DNA of 32,000 bases, taken from NCBI GenBank assembly GCA_964577555.1, contig CAZNZM010000010.1, positions 1 through 32,000 on the forward strand, in the 5' to 3' direction. Both the position numbers and the translations under genes were made by a program. The notes beneath the pieces are model-generated. The model saw only the letters and a list, made by a program, of their open reading frames with translations, ran no database searches and was not told where the DNA came from. Below are positions 10,368 through 20,056 of the stretch, in pieces (within the stretch, counting starts at the first letter, position 1; each line of letters starts with the position of its first letter). The DNA is from an uncultured archaeon (GTDB lineage Archaea; Iainarchaeota; Iainarchaeia; Iainarchaeales; Iainarchaeaceae).

Positions 10368-10441
10368 TGGACTGAGCGGGACTTGCACCCGCCGCCTTCC
10401 GGATGCGAACCGGACGCTCTAGCTGTCTGAGCTATCAGCCC
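10368..10441 (-). tRNA. tRNA-Ala (anticodon CGC)
   Basis: Reverse complement GGGCTGATAGCTCAGACAGCTAGAGCGTCCGGTTCGCATCCGGAAGGCGGCGGGTGCAAGTCCCGCTCAGTCCA folds as a cloverleaf; anticodon loop TTCGCAT; acceptor stem has the G3:U70 alanine identity pair; CCA not encoded. Confidence 0.96.
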
Positions 10442-10531
10442 TTAAAAAAACTTTTCAAAATCATTTGGCTTGAGAAACTTATAAATAATTAGTTGTTTTT
10501 ATAAAAAAAATCGCTTTTAAAAAACTCTTAT

Positions 10532-10765
10532 TCAAGGGGAACTTTCAATTATTCTTTTTCCCCTCAAATAAACTCCTATTGCAGTTATTATCGAACCAAA
10601 ACTTGTCATGTATAATAAAGTTCCGTTTGTAGAATAACCCGCCAAATGTTGTCTAATTCCTTCAATGAATGCTGATAACCCAAAACCAGCTAGTATTACA
10701 ACCAATAAATATATTGAAACGCTTTTGATTACTTGTGTTTTTATGACTTCAAATTCTTTGCTCAT
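10532..10765 (-). CDS. Small two-TM membrane protein, unknown function
   Basis: 77 aa with two hydrophobic segments (VSIYLLVVILAGFGLSAFI; GTLLYMTSFGSIITAIGVYL). Confidence 0.55.
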   Translation of the reverse strand: MSKEFEVIKTQVIKSVSIYLLVVILAGFGLSAFIEGIRQHLAGYSTNGTLLYMTSFGSIITAIGVYLRGKRIIESSP

Positions 10766-10841
10766 GTTTCAATTTAATGTTTTATTAATATTTAAATCTT
10801 TGCAAATTCGTAATGCGAGTTTCTGCGTTTTTTTTGTGGTC

Positions 10842-12641
10842 TTATTCCCATTCTATTGTTGCAGGAGGTTTGTGTGTTACATCTAGCATTATGGCGCCAA
10901 CCCCATTTATTTTCATGATTTTTGCAGCTATTTTTTTCAAAGTTTTTTCAGGCAAAGGATAGAACTTTGCAGTCATGGCTTCTTTTGAGCTAACAGGCCT
11001 TAAAACTATTCCTTCACCTTTGCCATTTAAAACAACAGGCAGAAGCACAACCGGAAACTGCCAAATATCATTTGCAATACCAGCTTTTTCTATTTCATCC
11101 ATTGCAATAAAATCTGCGTTTTGTAGCTTTTTTACTCTCTTGTTTGAAAGATACGACTTGCAAAGTTTTATTGATTTTATTTTGCTTGGTGCAACCAAAA
11201 ACACAACTCTGTTAACAAAATTGAACGAATTTGTTATTATGGTTGAAACTTCTTCTATTATAGAATAATTCAATGGGCCTGATATTAAAACTGCATTTCT
11301 ATAAGTCCGGTTGTCTCCTTGCACTCCAACAGCTTTAACCGGCAATAATTTTGCCCAATAACCATAAGCTTCAATTTTTTTGTTTATGTTTTCTTCAGCT
11401 TTAATGTCAATTTTTTCATTTCCGCTGCTGCAAAGAATTCTTACAGCCAAACCAGGCCCTGGAAATGGCTGTCTATTAATCAGCTTGTCAGGCAAACCCA
11501 ATAATTTTCCTATTTTGCGAACTTCGTCTTTATAAAGTTGATTTAAAGGCTCAATTACTTTGCCTTCATTTATTAGTTTCATTATGATTGGAGCCCTGTT
11601 GTGGTGTGTTTTTATTTTATTGGAATTTTTTGTTCCGCCGGTTTCTATTGTGTCAGGATAAATTGTTCCTTGGCCTAACAACCAATATTTTTCGTCCAAA
11701 TTTATTTTTTTCATTTCTTTAATTGTAATATCTACAAAAAGTTTTCCTATTATTTTTCTTTTTTTTTCAGGATCATAAACTTTCTTTAATGCTGAAAGAA
11801 AAATTTTTCCGGCATCAATAACATGAATTTTTTTAATGCCCAATTTTTCAACTTCTTTTTTTACTATTTTGCTTTCGTTTTTTCTCATAAAGCCGGTGTC
11901 AACGTGCATTGCAAACAAATTTTCCGGGCCTAATGATCTTGCAAGCAATGCAAGAGTGACTGTTGAATCAACCCCGCCACTCAAAAGAAGAAAAACTTTT
12001 TTGTTTTTAGCCGTTTTTCGTATTTCAATTATTTTTTCTTCCAAATAATTTTCCATTGTCCATGTTGGCTTGCAATTGCATATTTTATAAACAAAATTTG
12101 AAAGTATTTTAATTCCGTTTTCTGTATGGGTTACTTCTGGATGGAATTGCAATCCATAAATTTTTTTTGATTCGTTGGCAATAGCGGCAAATTCGCAATC
12201 CATTGTTGATGCAATCCCTGTAAAACCGTTCGGGAGAATTGTTACTTTGTCTCCATGGCTCATCCAAACAGTGAAATTGGAAGGCAAATCCTCAAAAAGC
12301 AAGTTATTTCTTGTTGACAATTTTGTCATGCCATACTCTTTTATATTTCCCTGCTCAACTTTTCCGCCAAGTTCGTGGCTTATTAATTGTTGTCCGTAAC
12401 ACAAACCTAAAATAGGTATCCCCAATTCAAATAATTCCTTGTTGAATTTTGGAGCTTCTTTGTCGTAAACGCTTGCAGGACCGCCGCTGAGAATTATTCC
12501 AGAGGCTTTTTTTAATTTTTCAGTTGCCGCGGTTGGAAGCAGTATTTCAGAGTAAACATTGAGTTCTCTTATTCTTCTTGCAAGCAAATGCGTGTATTGG
12601 CTTCCAAAATCAAGCACAATAATTTTTTCTTTGATTTCCAT
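10842..12641 (-). CDS. guaA: GMP synthase (glutamine-hydrolyzing), fused amidotransferase + synthetase
   Basis: 'VLDFGSQYTHLLARRIREL', 'GLCYGQQL', 'LLSGGVDSTVTLALLARSLG', 'QGTIYPDTIE', 'RQPFPGPGLAVRI', C-term 'KPPATIEWE'. ORF is open from 12698; likely start Met at 12641 (MEIKEKIIVLDFGSQ). Confidence 0.96.
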   Translation of the reverse strand: MEIKEKIIVLDFGSQYTHLLARRIRELNVYSEILLPTAATEKLKKASGIILSGGPASVYDKEAPKFNKELFELGIPILGLCYGQQLISHELGGKVEQGNIKEYGMTKLSTRNNLLFEDLPSNFTVWMSHGDKVTILPNGFTGIASTMDCEFAAIANESKKIYGLQFHPEVTHTENGIKILSNFVYKICNCKPTWTMENYLEEKIIEIRKTAKNKKVFLLLSGGVDSTVTLALLARSLGPENLFAMHVDTGFMRKNESKIVKKEVEKLGIKKIHVIDAGKIFLSALKKVYDPEKKRKIIGKLFVDITIKEMKKINLDEKYWLLGQGTIYPDTIETGGTKNSNKIKTHHNRAPIIMKLINEGKVIEPLNQLYKDEVRKIGKLLGLPDKLINRQPFPGPGLAVRILCSSGNEKIDIKAEENINKKIEAYGYWAKLLPVKAVGVQGDNRTYRNAVLISGPLNYSIIEEVSTIITNSFNFVNRVVFLVAPSKIKSIKLCKSYLSNKRVKKLQNADFIAMDEIEKAGIANDIWQFPVVLLPVVLNGKGEGIVLRPVSSKEAMTAKFYPLPEKTLKKIAAKIMKINGVGAIMLDVTHKPPATIEWE

Positions 12642-12720
12642 AAAATCAATTTGTGTTGTAATCAATAAATAACTTTTTATTTGCAATATGATTGGCAATT
12701 TTTAGTTGTAGCTGTCTCTA

Positions 12721-14313
12721 TTATAAATCAAACGGCACTATGCCTTGTTTGACGTATTTCTCTACAATTTCTTGGGTACAATCAGTGTCAGTATTGTACC
12801 AAGAATTAGGATCAAGTTTATATGTGCAAACTCTTGGATCGCATTTTTTGTCATCGTTAATGCAGGTGAGTGCTACTTTGACATTTTGTTGGCATTCTTT
12901 GACGAATAACGAATGTTGAATTGATAAGCAATACTTGTCATCTTTCATTGCCACTGCATAGCGGTTATAGCATTGTTCAGTGCCACTATATTTCAATGAT
13001 CTCATTTCTTTTCTTTGAACTTTGTCGCAAACTTCTGGGACTTTTGCGTCAAGCGCGATTTTTGCATAACAATCCACGTATGCTGAATCTCTTTGGATTT
13101 TTTCGCATTTTCTTGAATCTTTGGTATCAAATGCAATATCGCTAATGCATTTTTCAAACAGTGATTGGTTTGTCCTGCTTATGCCGATGCACAAATCTTC
13201 GTTCTTGATTTTTTTGGATGTTTCGAATATGCATTTATCTTTAAGATCTGTGTTTCCATCTATTTTTAAGCATCTTTCAATTGAATTGAAATCGGAAGCA
13301 TATGCGTAATAACATTCGTTTCTTATTTTTAATTCATTTATTAATGGACAAGTTGATTCGCCATACAAGTTGGTTGCAATATATTTTATACACGAATTTT
13401 TTAATTCATATTTCAAGTTATAACACGCTTTTACGTCTCCTCTTTTGGAAGCATACCATGCGCTGCAATAATCAAATGCATTTTCGTCTTTTACTATGCT
13501 GCAAGAAAAATTTGTGTCTGGAACATTTGATGCGTTTTTGAAGCACTCTGCACTCAAAGCTTTGTCAACAAAGTGGTTACATTTTTCCCCATTATTTGCC
13601 ATGTTTATTTGTTTTAGGCAATCGTCTCTTGCATTTACTCCGACTATTTTATAAGTATCGCTGACTTTAAGGCAAATATCTGGGTCGTTTGTACTTGCCG
13701 CAATTCCTTTATAACATTGGTCTCTGGTTTTAGGCTCAAAAATATTTTTACAAGTATCAAATGTGCCTATTCCGTTGTAGCAATCATCTTTTTTGGCTAC
13801 ATCTTCTATATATTTACAAATTTTGTTGTTTTTAAGTGACTTTCCCACTGAATTATAACAATCGTCTTTGAGATATGTGTCTATGATTTTTATGCAGACG
13901 TTGTAATCAGCCATTGCAACTCCTGCCTCAAAAAAGCATCTTGACTTGAATTCTTCCGACACCAAAGTGCATGGAAATTCGGATTTGTTGGAAGTTGCGG
14001 TGTTAATAAGGCAAATTTCAGCATCAAGAGGCGGGCCAGCATTGCATTTTTCTATGCTACGAACAACTTCTACAGGCACGCCAGGGTATTTATCCAAATT
14101 TATGTCGATTATTTGCTGTTTTGCATCTTTGTTTTCGTCTTCTTTGGGTTTATTAAAATCTATTTGCTTGTTAGTGTCAATATTTTTATTTTGGTCAATT
14201 TCTTTATTTTTATCCAAATTTGGCGGGTTGTCATGTTGTTTGGTTTTTAAACAGCCAAATAATACAATAGATACGCAAAGTATTGCACAAAAAATCAATA
14301 TTTTTTTCTTCAT
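12721..14313 (-). CDS. Secreted lipoprotein composed of Cys-rich repeats, function unknown
   Basis: 530 aa; signal peptide with lipobox-like 'CVSIVLFGC'; D/N/K-rich linker; then more than 30 Cys in a recurring pattern such as 'C.KI.DTYLKDDCY..VG......IC.YI.DVAKKDDCYNGI'. Confidence 0.8.
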   Translation of the reverse strand: MKKKILIFCAILCVSIVLFGCLKTKQHDNPPNLDKNKEIDQNKNIDTNKQIDFNKPKEDENKDAKQQIIDINLDKYPGVPVEVVRSIEKCNAGPPLDAEICLINTATSNKSEFPCTLVSEEFKSRCFFEAGVAMADYNVCIKIIDTYLKDDCYNSVGKSLKNNKICKYIEDVAKKDDCYNGIGTFDTCKNIFEPKTRDQCYKGIAASTNDPDICLKVSDTYKIVGVNARDDCLKQINMANNGEKCNHFVDKALSAECFKNASNVPDTNFSCSIVKDENAFDYCSAWYASKRGDVKACYNLKYELKNSCIKYIATNLYGESTCPLINELKIRNECYYAYASDFNSIERCLKIDGNTDLKDKCIFETSKKIKNEDLCIGISRTNQSLFEKCISDIAFDTKDSRKCEKIQRDSAYVDCYAKIALDAKVPEVCDKVQRKEMRSLKYSGTEQCYNRYAVAMKDDKYCLSIQHSLFVKECQQNVKVALTCINDDKKCDPRVCTYKLDPNSWYNTDTDCTQEIVEKYVKQGIVPFDL

Positions 14314-14379
14314 AACACTTTTACAAATAAGATTTGTTTTATATTTAAATATTCTTGTATTGGCTGATTTGTAGAACTT

Positions 14380-14677
14380 TTTTTTAGTTTATAAATAATC
14401 TCCTTTTTAATAATTATTTTTTTTAAGCCTTGTTTTTTTTTGTTTTAGTTGTTTTTTTGCGAGCCGTTTTTTGTCATTTTTTTGAATTCTTTTTTTTAAT
14501 TATTTTTTTTGCAAGTCATTTTTTTTCAGTTGTTTTTTTTGTGAGCCGATTTTTTTAAACAATTTTTGTTTGATGTTTTATTTTTTTTGCGAACCAATTT
14601 TTTTGTTGATTGGGTTTTTTTATTTTTAAAATGTATAAATTATTTTTTGTGATTTTGTTTTTTTAGACGTTGTTTTT
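14380..14677. repeat. T-rich low-complexity tract (copy 2)
   Basis: Contains 'gagccgttttttgtcatttttttgaattcttttttttaattatttttttttgcaagtcattttttttcagttgttttttttgtga' (about 14461-14545), nearly identical to about 19429-19517. Confidence 0.85.
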
Positions 14678-15856
14678 TTATGCAAACATTCTTTGCTCCG
14701 GTTTTTCTTCCTGCTTTTTTGAAAGTTTTTTTATCGCCTCATCAAACTCTTTCATACTAACAGAATTTTTATTTTTCCGCAAAGCGAACATTCCTGCTTC
14801 CGTGCATATTGCTTTAATGTCTGCCCCAGTATGTCCTTCTGTTATTTCAGCTAGTTTTCTTAAATCAACGTTTTTTTCAATGTTCATTTTTTTTGTGTAT
14901 ATTTCAAATATTTTTATCCTTGCTTCAAATTGGGGTGGCGATATTTCAATAATTCTGTCAAAACGCCCCGGCCTGAGCAATGCTGGGTCAATCATGTCTA
15001 TTCTGTTTGTTGCGCCTATGATTTTTACTCCTTTGATTTTTTCAAATCCGTCCATTTCAGCCAATAATTGCATTAATGTTCTCTGCACTTCCCTGTCCCC
15101 GTTTGCTGTCATGTATCTGTGCGATGCAACAGAATCAATTTCATCAATAAAGATTATTGACGGCTTTTTTTCTTTTGCAAGGCTGAATAGATCCCTGACA
15201 AGCCTTGAACCTTCTCCTATGTATTTTCTTACCAAATCTGAACCTGAAAGCGAAATGAATACTGAATTGGTTTTGTTGGCGACTGCCTTTGCAAGCATGG
15301 TTTTTCCAGTGCCAGGAATTCCATACAACAATACTCCGTTTGGTGGTTCTATGCCAAGTTTCTCAAATTTTTCCGGTTTTGTCAATGGAAGTATAACAGC
15401 TTCTTCCAATTCCTGTATCTCCTTTTCAAGTCCGCCAATTTGTTCAAATGTAGTATCAGGTTTTTCAATTATTTCCATTGCATTTACCCGCCAATCCCTG
15501 CTTTCAGGAAAAACTTGGGTTATACTCAATGTTCTTTGATTCATAGCCACTCTTTTGCCGGGTTCAAGCAAAGGCGCAAGTTCTGAGAGTGCTTTGACTA
15601 AAAAATCCATTCCATTGCTGTTTCTGACAATTACGTATCCGTTTTGCAATACTTCAACTATTGTCCCGACAATAAGTGGCGGGGATTTCAGTTCGTTCAA
15701 TTCCCTTCTTGCCCTTTCAAGATCCAATTGCAATTGTGATATTCTTGCATTTGTAACTTGTCGTTCAATGTGTAAATTTCTTAATTCTTCTTCCAAACTA
15801 AAAGCGTAATCGTATTGTTTTATTTCTGGTCTTTTTGTTTCATTTGTGTTAGCCAT
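14678..15856 (-). CDS. pan: Proteasome-activating nucleotidase (PAN), AAA+ ATPase
   Basis: 392 aa; N-terminal coiled coil + OB region, 'GVLLYGIPGTGKTMLAKAVA', 'SIIFIDEIDSV', 'GATNRIDMIDPALLRPGRFDRIIE', 'HTGADIKAICTEAGMFALR'; C-terminus ends MFA (HbYX-like). Confidence 0.95.
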   Translation of the reverse strand: MANTNETKRPEIKQYDYAFSLEEELRNLHIERQVTNARISQLQLDLERARRELNELKSPPLIVGTIVEVLQNGYVIVRNSNGMDFLVKALSELAPLLEPGKRVAMNQRTLSITQVFPESRDWRVNAMEIIEKPDTTFEQIGGLEKEIQELEEAVILPLTKPEKFEKLGIEPPNGVLLYGIPGTGKTMLAKAVANKTNSVFISLSGSDLVRKYIGEGSRLVRDLFSLAKEKKPSIIFIDEIDSVASHRYMTANGDREVQRTLMQLLAEMDGFEKIKGVKIIGATNRIDMIDPALLRPGRFDRIIEISPPQFEARIKIFEIYTKKMNIEKNVDLRKLAEITEGHTGADIKAICTEAGMFALRKNKNSVSMKEFDEAIKKLSKKQEEKPEQRMFA

Positions 15857-15899
15857 GAGGACACTTCTTTTGTGTTTTCAATCTGAACAAGTTTAAATT

Positions 15900-17408
15900 A
15901 TGAATTTAATATTAATAACTAACGGTTTGCATTGGTTTTTAAATGAAACTCTAACCAGTCTTTTAAGCAATAAATGTTTGGCGCGTGATGTTTTAATGAC
16001 GGATTTTTTCGCTTTGCTTTTTGTTTTTCTAATAATTTCTGTGGTTGTTACTTTTGCAATAAAGAAGTTAACTTTGCAAGAAACTTACTATGTAGCTTCT
16101 CTGATTAGAACAACCAAGCCAATAAAGTTTTTTTCAAGAATGGCTAGACATACAAGGTTTTTGGATTTTATTTCAACTGCAGGCCTGATACTTGGCTTTG
16201 GAACTTTTGCGATAGATTATCTTTATGGGTCAAAGCTGAGAGGTTGGAAAAGGTATTTTCTCAATTTGGCTGGCTTTTTAGTGCTTTCAGGGTTGATGTT
16301 TTTAATAGATTTTTTTGGCGGAAATATTTTTTCAAAAAATGCCATGATGGGAAATGCATATCCTTTATTCATAGCTTCGTTTGGTTTGCTTGGTTTTGCA
16401 GGATTCACCCTTTTTGCACTTTTAATGCAAGCAATTGACATAATAATAAAATATTTTGCAGGTTCAAGAGCGTGTCCGGGTGTTGCTCCTTTGATTCCCG
16501 GAGTTGAAGTTCCAAACGTGCCAATCACGCCGCCGCTTCATGCCTGGATTTCTTTGATAATAATATTAATAGTGCATGAAGCAATGCATGGCATTGTAGG
16601 AAGCAGACATGGTTTCAGAATAAAATCCACTGGTGTAATACTTTTTGGCTTTCTTCCGATAGGTGCTTTTGTAGAACCTGATGAAAAGGAGCTTGAAAAA
16701 GCCGAGCCAAAAAAATTGTTGCCTTTCTTGGCTGCAGGACCTGCTGCCAATCTAACACTGATGGTTATTGTCGGTTTTTTGGTCTTAGGGCTTGTTTTAA
16801 TTTCAAATCCGCTTACTGATTATTTGTATCCTGGCGTGGCAGAAAAGCTTTCCAACGGGGTAAAAGTCGTAAAAGTCAATGATTCCGTGAATTTTTGTGG
16901 TTCGACATATCCTGCGACAGCAAAAGGTTTTTTGTTTGAAGGGGACATCATAAAAAAAATTGATGATGTTGAAATAAAGAGCATTCATTCAATGTTGTCC
17001 GCATTGCAAAAAAACAAGTTTGAAGAAAAAAAATTTGAAGTTGACAGAAATGGTGTTGTTGAAACTTTCAAAATAACTCCAAATTCTTTAGGACAATTTG
17101 GATTCATGGCAGAGGCAATAAAACCAAAAGACGCTCAATTGCCAGCTGGTTTTTCAACCTATGTTTTTTTGTTTTCGTTTATAGTGGAATTTCTTTATTG
17201 GTTGTTCATTTTGAATTTGCTTGTAGCTGCAATAAACTTTTTGCCAATGAATCCTTTTGACGGAGGCAGAATAGCAGGCGTGATATTTTCACACTATGCC
17301 ACTTTTTTAAGCAAGGATGAAAATGAAAGAAAAAAGAAAGTGCAAAAATATTTGGTTTATATAATATTCTCAATTCTTTTGATTAACGCGTTGCCATTGT
17401 TTTTCTGA
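15900..17408 (+). CDS. Site-2-protease family (M50) intramembrane metalloprotease with PDZ domain
   Basis: 502 aa; zinc motif 'HEAMH', 'GPAANLTLMVIVG', PDZ-like region 'VKVNDS...GDIIKKIDDVEI', and 'NFLPMNPFDGGRI'. Confidence 0.93.
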   Translation: MNLILITNGLHWFLNETLTSLLSNKCLARDVLMTDFFALLFVFLIISVVVTFAIKKLTLQETYYVASLIRTTKPIKFFSRMARHTRFLDFISTAGLILGFGTFAIDYLYGSKLRGWKRYFLNLAGFLVLSGLMFLIDFFGGNIFSKNAMMGNAYPLFIASFGLLGFAGFTLFALLMQAIDIIIKYFAGSRACPGVAPLIPGVEVPNVPITPPLHAWISLIIILIVHEAMHGIVGSRHGFRIKSTGVILFGFLPIGAFVEPDEKELEKAEPKKLLPFLAAGPAANLTLMVIVGFLVLGLVLISNPLTDYLYPGVAEKLSNGVKVVKVNDSVNFCGSTYPATAKGFLFEGDIIKKIDDVEIKSIHSMLSALQKNKFEEKKFEVDRNGVVETFKITPNSLGQFGFMAEAIKPKDAQLPAGFSTYVFLFSFIVEFLYWLFILNLLVAAINFLPMNPFDGGRIAGVIFSHYATFLSKDENERKKKVQKYLVYIIFSILLINALPLFF

Positions 17409-17570
17409 CGCTGTTAAATACAATTTTTTTTGGACAAGACATTTTTTTTTATGATTTATGCTTTATCATTTATTTTAAATTAAAAAAATTTATTTTCAAC
17501 AGATTTGAAGTCTACATGTTTTTTTTAAATAAAAATTAGTGGCGGCTTTTGAGCCGCCAAAAAATATTTT

Positions 17571-18632
17571 TTACAAGTAATCCAAGTCAACGTCTCTTTT
17601 TGATGCTTTTGATTTAGCGTCTTTGCTACTCTTTATGTATGGACTGTGTACTCCTGTAAAGATGCAAATTACTTCAATTTTGTTTTCAAATGTTGAATCA
17701 ACTCTTGCACCCCAAATTACTGTTGCTCTTGGATCTATTCTTTCAGTAAGCAATTCCCCTATTTGGTTTGCTTCTCCAAGCGTCAACTCGGCTCCGCCAG
17801 TAATGTGTATTAAAGCACCTGTTGCACCGCCAATGTCAACGTCAAGCAAAGTGTTATTGAGTGCATCGTCCACAACTTCATTTACCCTGTCCACGCCTTT
17901 GCTTTCACCAACAGCTATAACTGAAAGACCTTTATTGCTCATGATTGATCTTACATCAGCGTAGTCAAGGTTTATGAGTGATGGTTGTGTTATTGTTTCG
18001 GTGATTCCTCTTACTGTTCTTGCGATTACTTCGTCTGCTACTTTGAATGCGTCTTGTATTGGCAGGTTTGGTACTAATTGGACAAGTCTGTTGTTGTCAA
18101 TTACAATGACCGTGTCAGTGACTTGCTTTAGCGCTTCAAGTCCTTCTTCAGCTTTGATCATTCTTGCCCTTTCGAGAGCAAATGGATAAGTGACCATTGC
18201 AATAACAATTGCTCCTTGCTCTTTTGCAATTTGAGCCACAATAGGAGCAGCGCCAGTTCCTGTTCCGCCACCCATTCCTGAAGAAATAAAAAGCATGTCA
18301 ACTCCTTCAAGGACTTCTTCCAATGCAGCCCTGCTTACTTCAGCAGCCTTTGCACCTATCTCAGGATATCCGCCAGCGCCAAGGCCTCTTGTAACAGATT
18401 TTCCTATCAGTATTTTGGTTATCTCGTCGTTTATGATTGCCAAGTGTTGTTTATCAGTGTTAATGGCTACAAGTTGCGCTCCTGAAATTCCCATGCTTGC
18501 CAGCCTGTTAACTGCATTACACCCGGCTCCGCCTGCACCAATGACCATTATTTTTGGTGTGCCAAATTCCTCCAATTTATCTTCTTTTTTTTCCGACGCC
18601 GTTGAAATGGCGCTCTCTACAACTGATTTCAT
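17571..18632 (-). CDS. ftsZ: Cell division protein FtsZ
   Basis: 353 aa; 'IMVIGAGGAGCNAVNRL', tubulin signature 'GGGTGTGAAP', 'INLDYADVRSIM', 'VIWGARVD'. Confidence 0.98.
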   Translation of the reverse strand: MKSVVESAISTASEKKEDKLEEFGTPKIMVIGAGGAGCNAVNRLASMGISGAQLVAINTDKQHLAIINDEITKILIGKSVTRGLGAGGYPEIGAKAAEVSRAALEEVLEGVDMLFISSGMGGGTGTGAAPIVAQIAKEQGAIVIAMVTYPFALERARMIKAEEGLEALKQVTDTVIVIDNNRLVQLVPNLPIQDAFKVADEVIARTVRGITETITQPSLINLDYADVRSIMSNKGLSVIAVGESKGVDRVNEVVDDALNNTLLDVDIGGATGALIHITGGAELTLGEANQIGELLTERIDPRATVIWGARVDSTFENKIEVICIFTGVHSPYIKSSKDAKSKASKRDVDLDYL

Positions 18633-19028
18633 GTGTGGTTCACCTCTCCTCCAAAAGTTTTGTACAATTTTGATTTTTGATAAATGAATCTTTTTTGCTT
18701 TTGAATAAAAAAGCTTAGATTCTTGTATAAATGTTGCTGAACTCCTTTATATGCGTTTTGTTTTTGATATAAGGCACTATTAACGTTATTTTACTTCACT
18801 AAACAAAAAACACACAAAAATTTTATGTATATTATTAATTTTTTGATTAATTCATTAACTCTATACTGATAAAAGCATTAACTCATCTTTGTTTTTAAAA
18901 AAAAGTGTTAAAAAGGCTTATTTTTCTTAATAGGTTGCTTTTTTTTGGTTTTTTGTTAAGTATTTTTTCGTTTTTTGGCTAAGTTTTAGTTCAATTTTTA
19001 TTCTAAATTTGTAAAATTTAAACGCCGA

Positions 19029-19045
19029 ATTTAAATATTTATAAG
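19029..19045 (+). promoter_or_regulatory. Putative TATA box region of the SRP RNA gene
   Basis: 'atttaaatatttataag' sits about 20-30 nt upstream of the inferred 5' end of the SRP RNA. Confidence 0.5.
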
Positions 19046-19060
19046 TTTAAATTTAGTATT

Positions 19061-19333
19061 TGTGGGCTAGTTCGGAGAGGTAGCGGCTCTCTGTTGCCGG
19101 CAACCCGCTTCAGCCGGGAACGAAGCCACTGAAGAGGCATTAACCATATATTGATGCCTTGCCAGTACTGTGAACTTCTGCTCTTAAAGACTGGCTGTTT
19201 GGGCCAACCCCGCTAGGCCTGGAAGGGAGCAACGGTAACTCATTCAGTCGGTGCTTTAAGGTAAACGGAAGCGAGGAGAGGTTAAGGGTAAACGTCTTTA
19301 TGTGGTTGCTGTCCATTTGGTGGCGCGCCCACA
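19061..19333 (+). ncRNA. Archaeal signal recognition particle (7S) RNA
   Basis: Alu-domain-like 'GGGCTAGTTCGGAGAGGTAGCGGCTCTCTGTTGCCGGCAACCCGC', helix 6 hairpin AGGCAT..ATGCCT, helix 8 motif 'GCTAGGCCTGGAAGGGAGCAACGGTAA', terminal pairing TGTGGGC (19061-) with GCCCACA (19327-19333). Boundaries approximate. Confidence 0.93.
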
Positions 19334-19339
19334 CTCTTG

Positions 19340-20056
19340 CAAAAATTATAAAAAAAATACATTTCATTTATACATTTCATTTTTTTTTACTTGGTTTTTT
19401 TTGTAAGTTTTTTTTGTCTTGTTTTTTCGAGCCGTTTTTTGTCATTTTTTTGAATTCTTTTTTTTTTAATTATTTTTTTTTGCAAGTCATTTTTTTTTCA
19501 GTTGTTTTTTTTTGTGAATTTTTTTTTATTTTGTTTTAATTGTTTTGTTTTTGTTTTGGCTGGTTGTTTTTTTTTGTTTCTTTTTTTTGAGTTGTTTTTT
19601 TTAGATGTTTTTTTTTCGAGCCGTTTTTTGTCATTTTTTTGAATTCTTTTTTTTGCGAGCCAATTTTTTTTGTTTTGTTAGTCAAGTTTTGTTTTTTTTA
19701 CGAGTCTTTTTTTGATAATTTTTTTTATTTTTTGATACTTGTTTTTTTTGGTGAGCCACTTTTTTGCCATTTTTCTTTTTTTTGAATTCTTTTTTTTGCG
19801 AGCCAATTTTTTTTGTGAATTTGTTTTTTTTTATTTTGTTTTAATTATTTTTTTGTTTTTTTGAGGTTTGTTTTTTTGTCGGCTATTTTTTTTATTTTTT
19901 TTGCTTATTTTCAAGTCAATTTATTTTTTTTAATTGTTTTTTTTGGCAAGCCATTTTTCGTTTTTTTGCTTGGCCAAGTTTTTTTGTCTTGTTTTTGCGA
20001 GACAATTTTTTTTGTCATTTTTTTTGAATTTTATTTATTTTTTTATGATTTGAATT
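19340..20056. repeat. T-rich low-complexity tract (copy 3), with several internal copies of the motif block
   Basis: 'cgagccgttttttgtcatttttttgaattc' occurs near 19427 and again near 19617; 'gtgagccacttttttgccatttttc...gaattc' near 19753. Confidence 0.85.

Noticed and set aside
18690-19028. Possible hidden gene in the ~340-nt gap between ftsZ and SRP RNA
   Set aside because: No ORF of meaningful length and no recognisable RNA structure; treated as AT-rich intergenic/promoter sequence.
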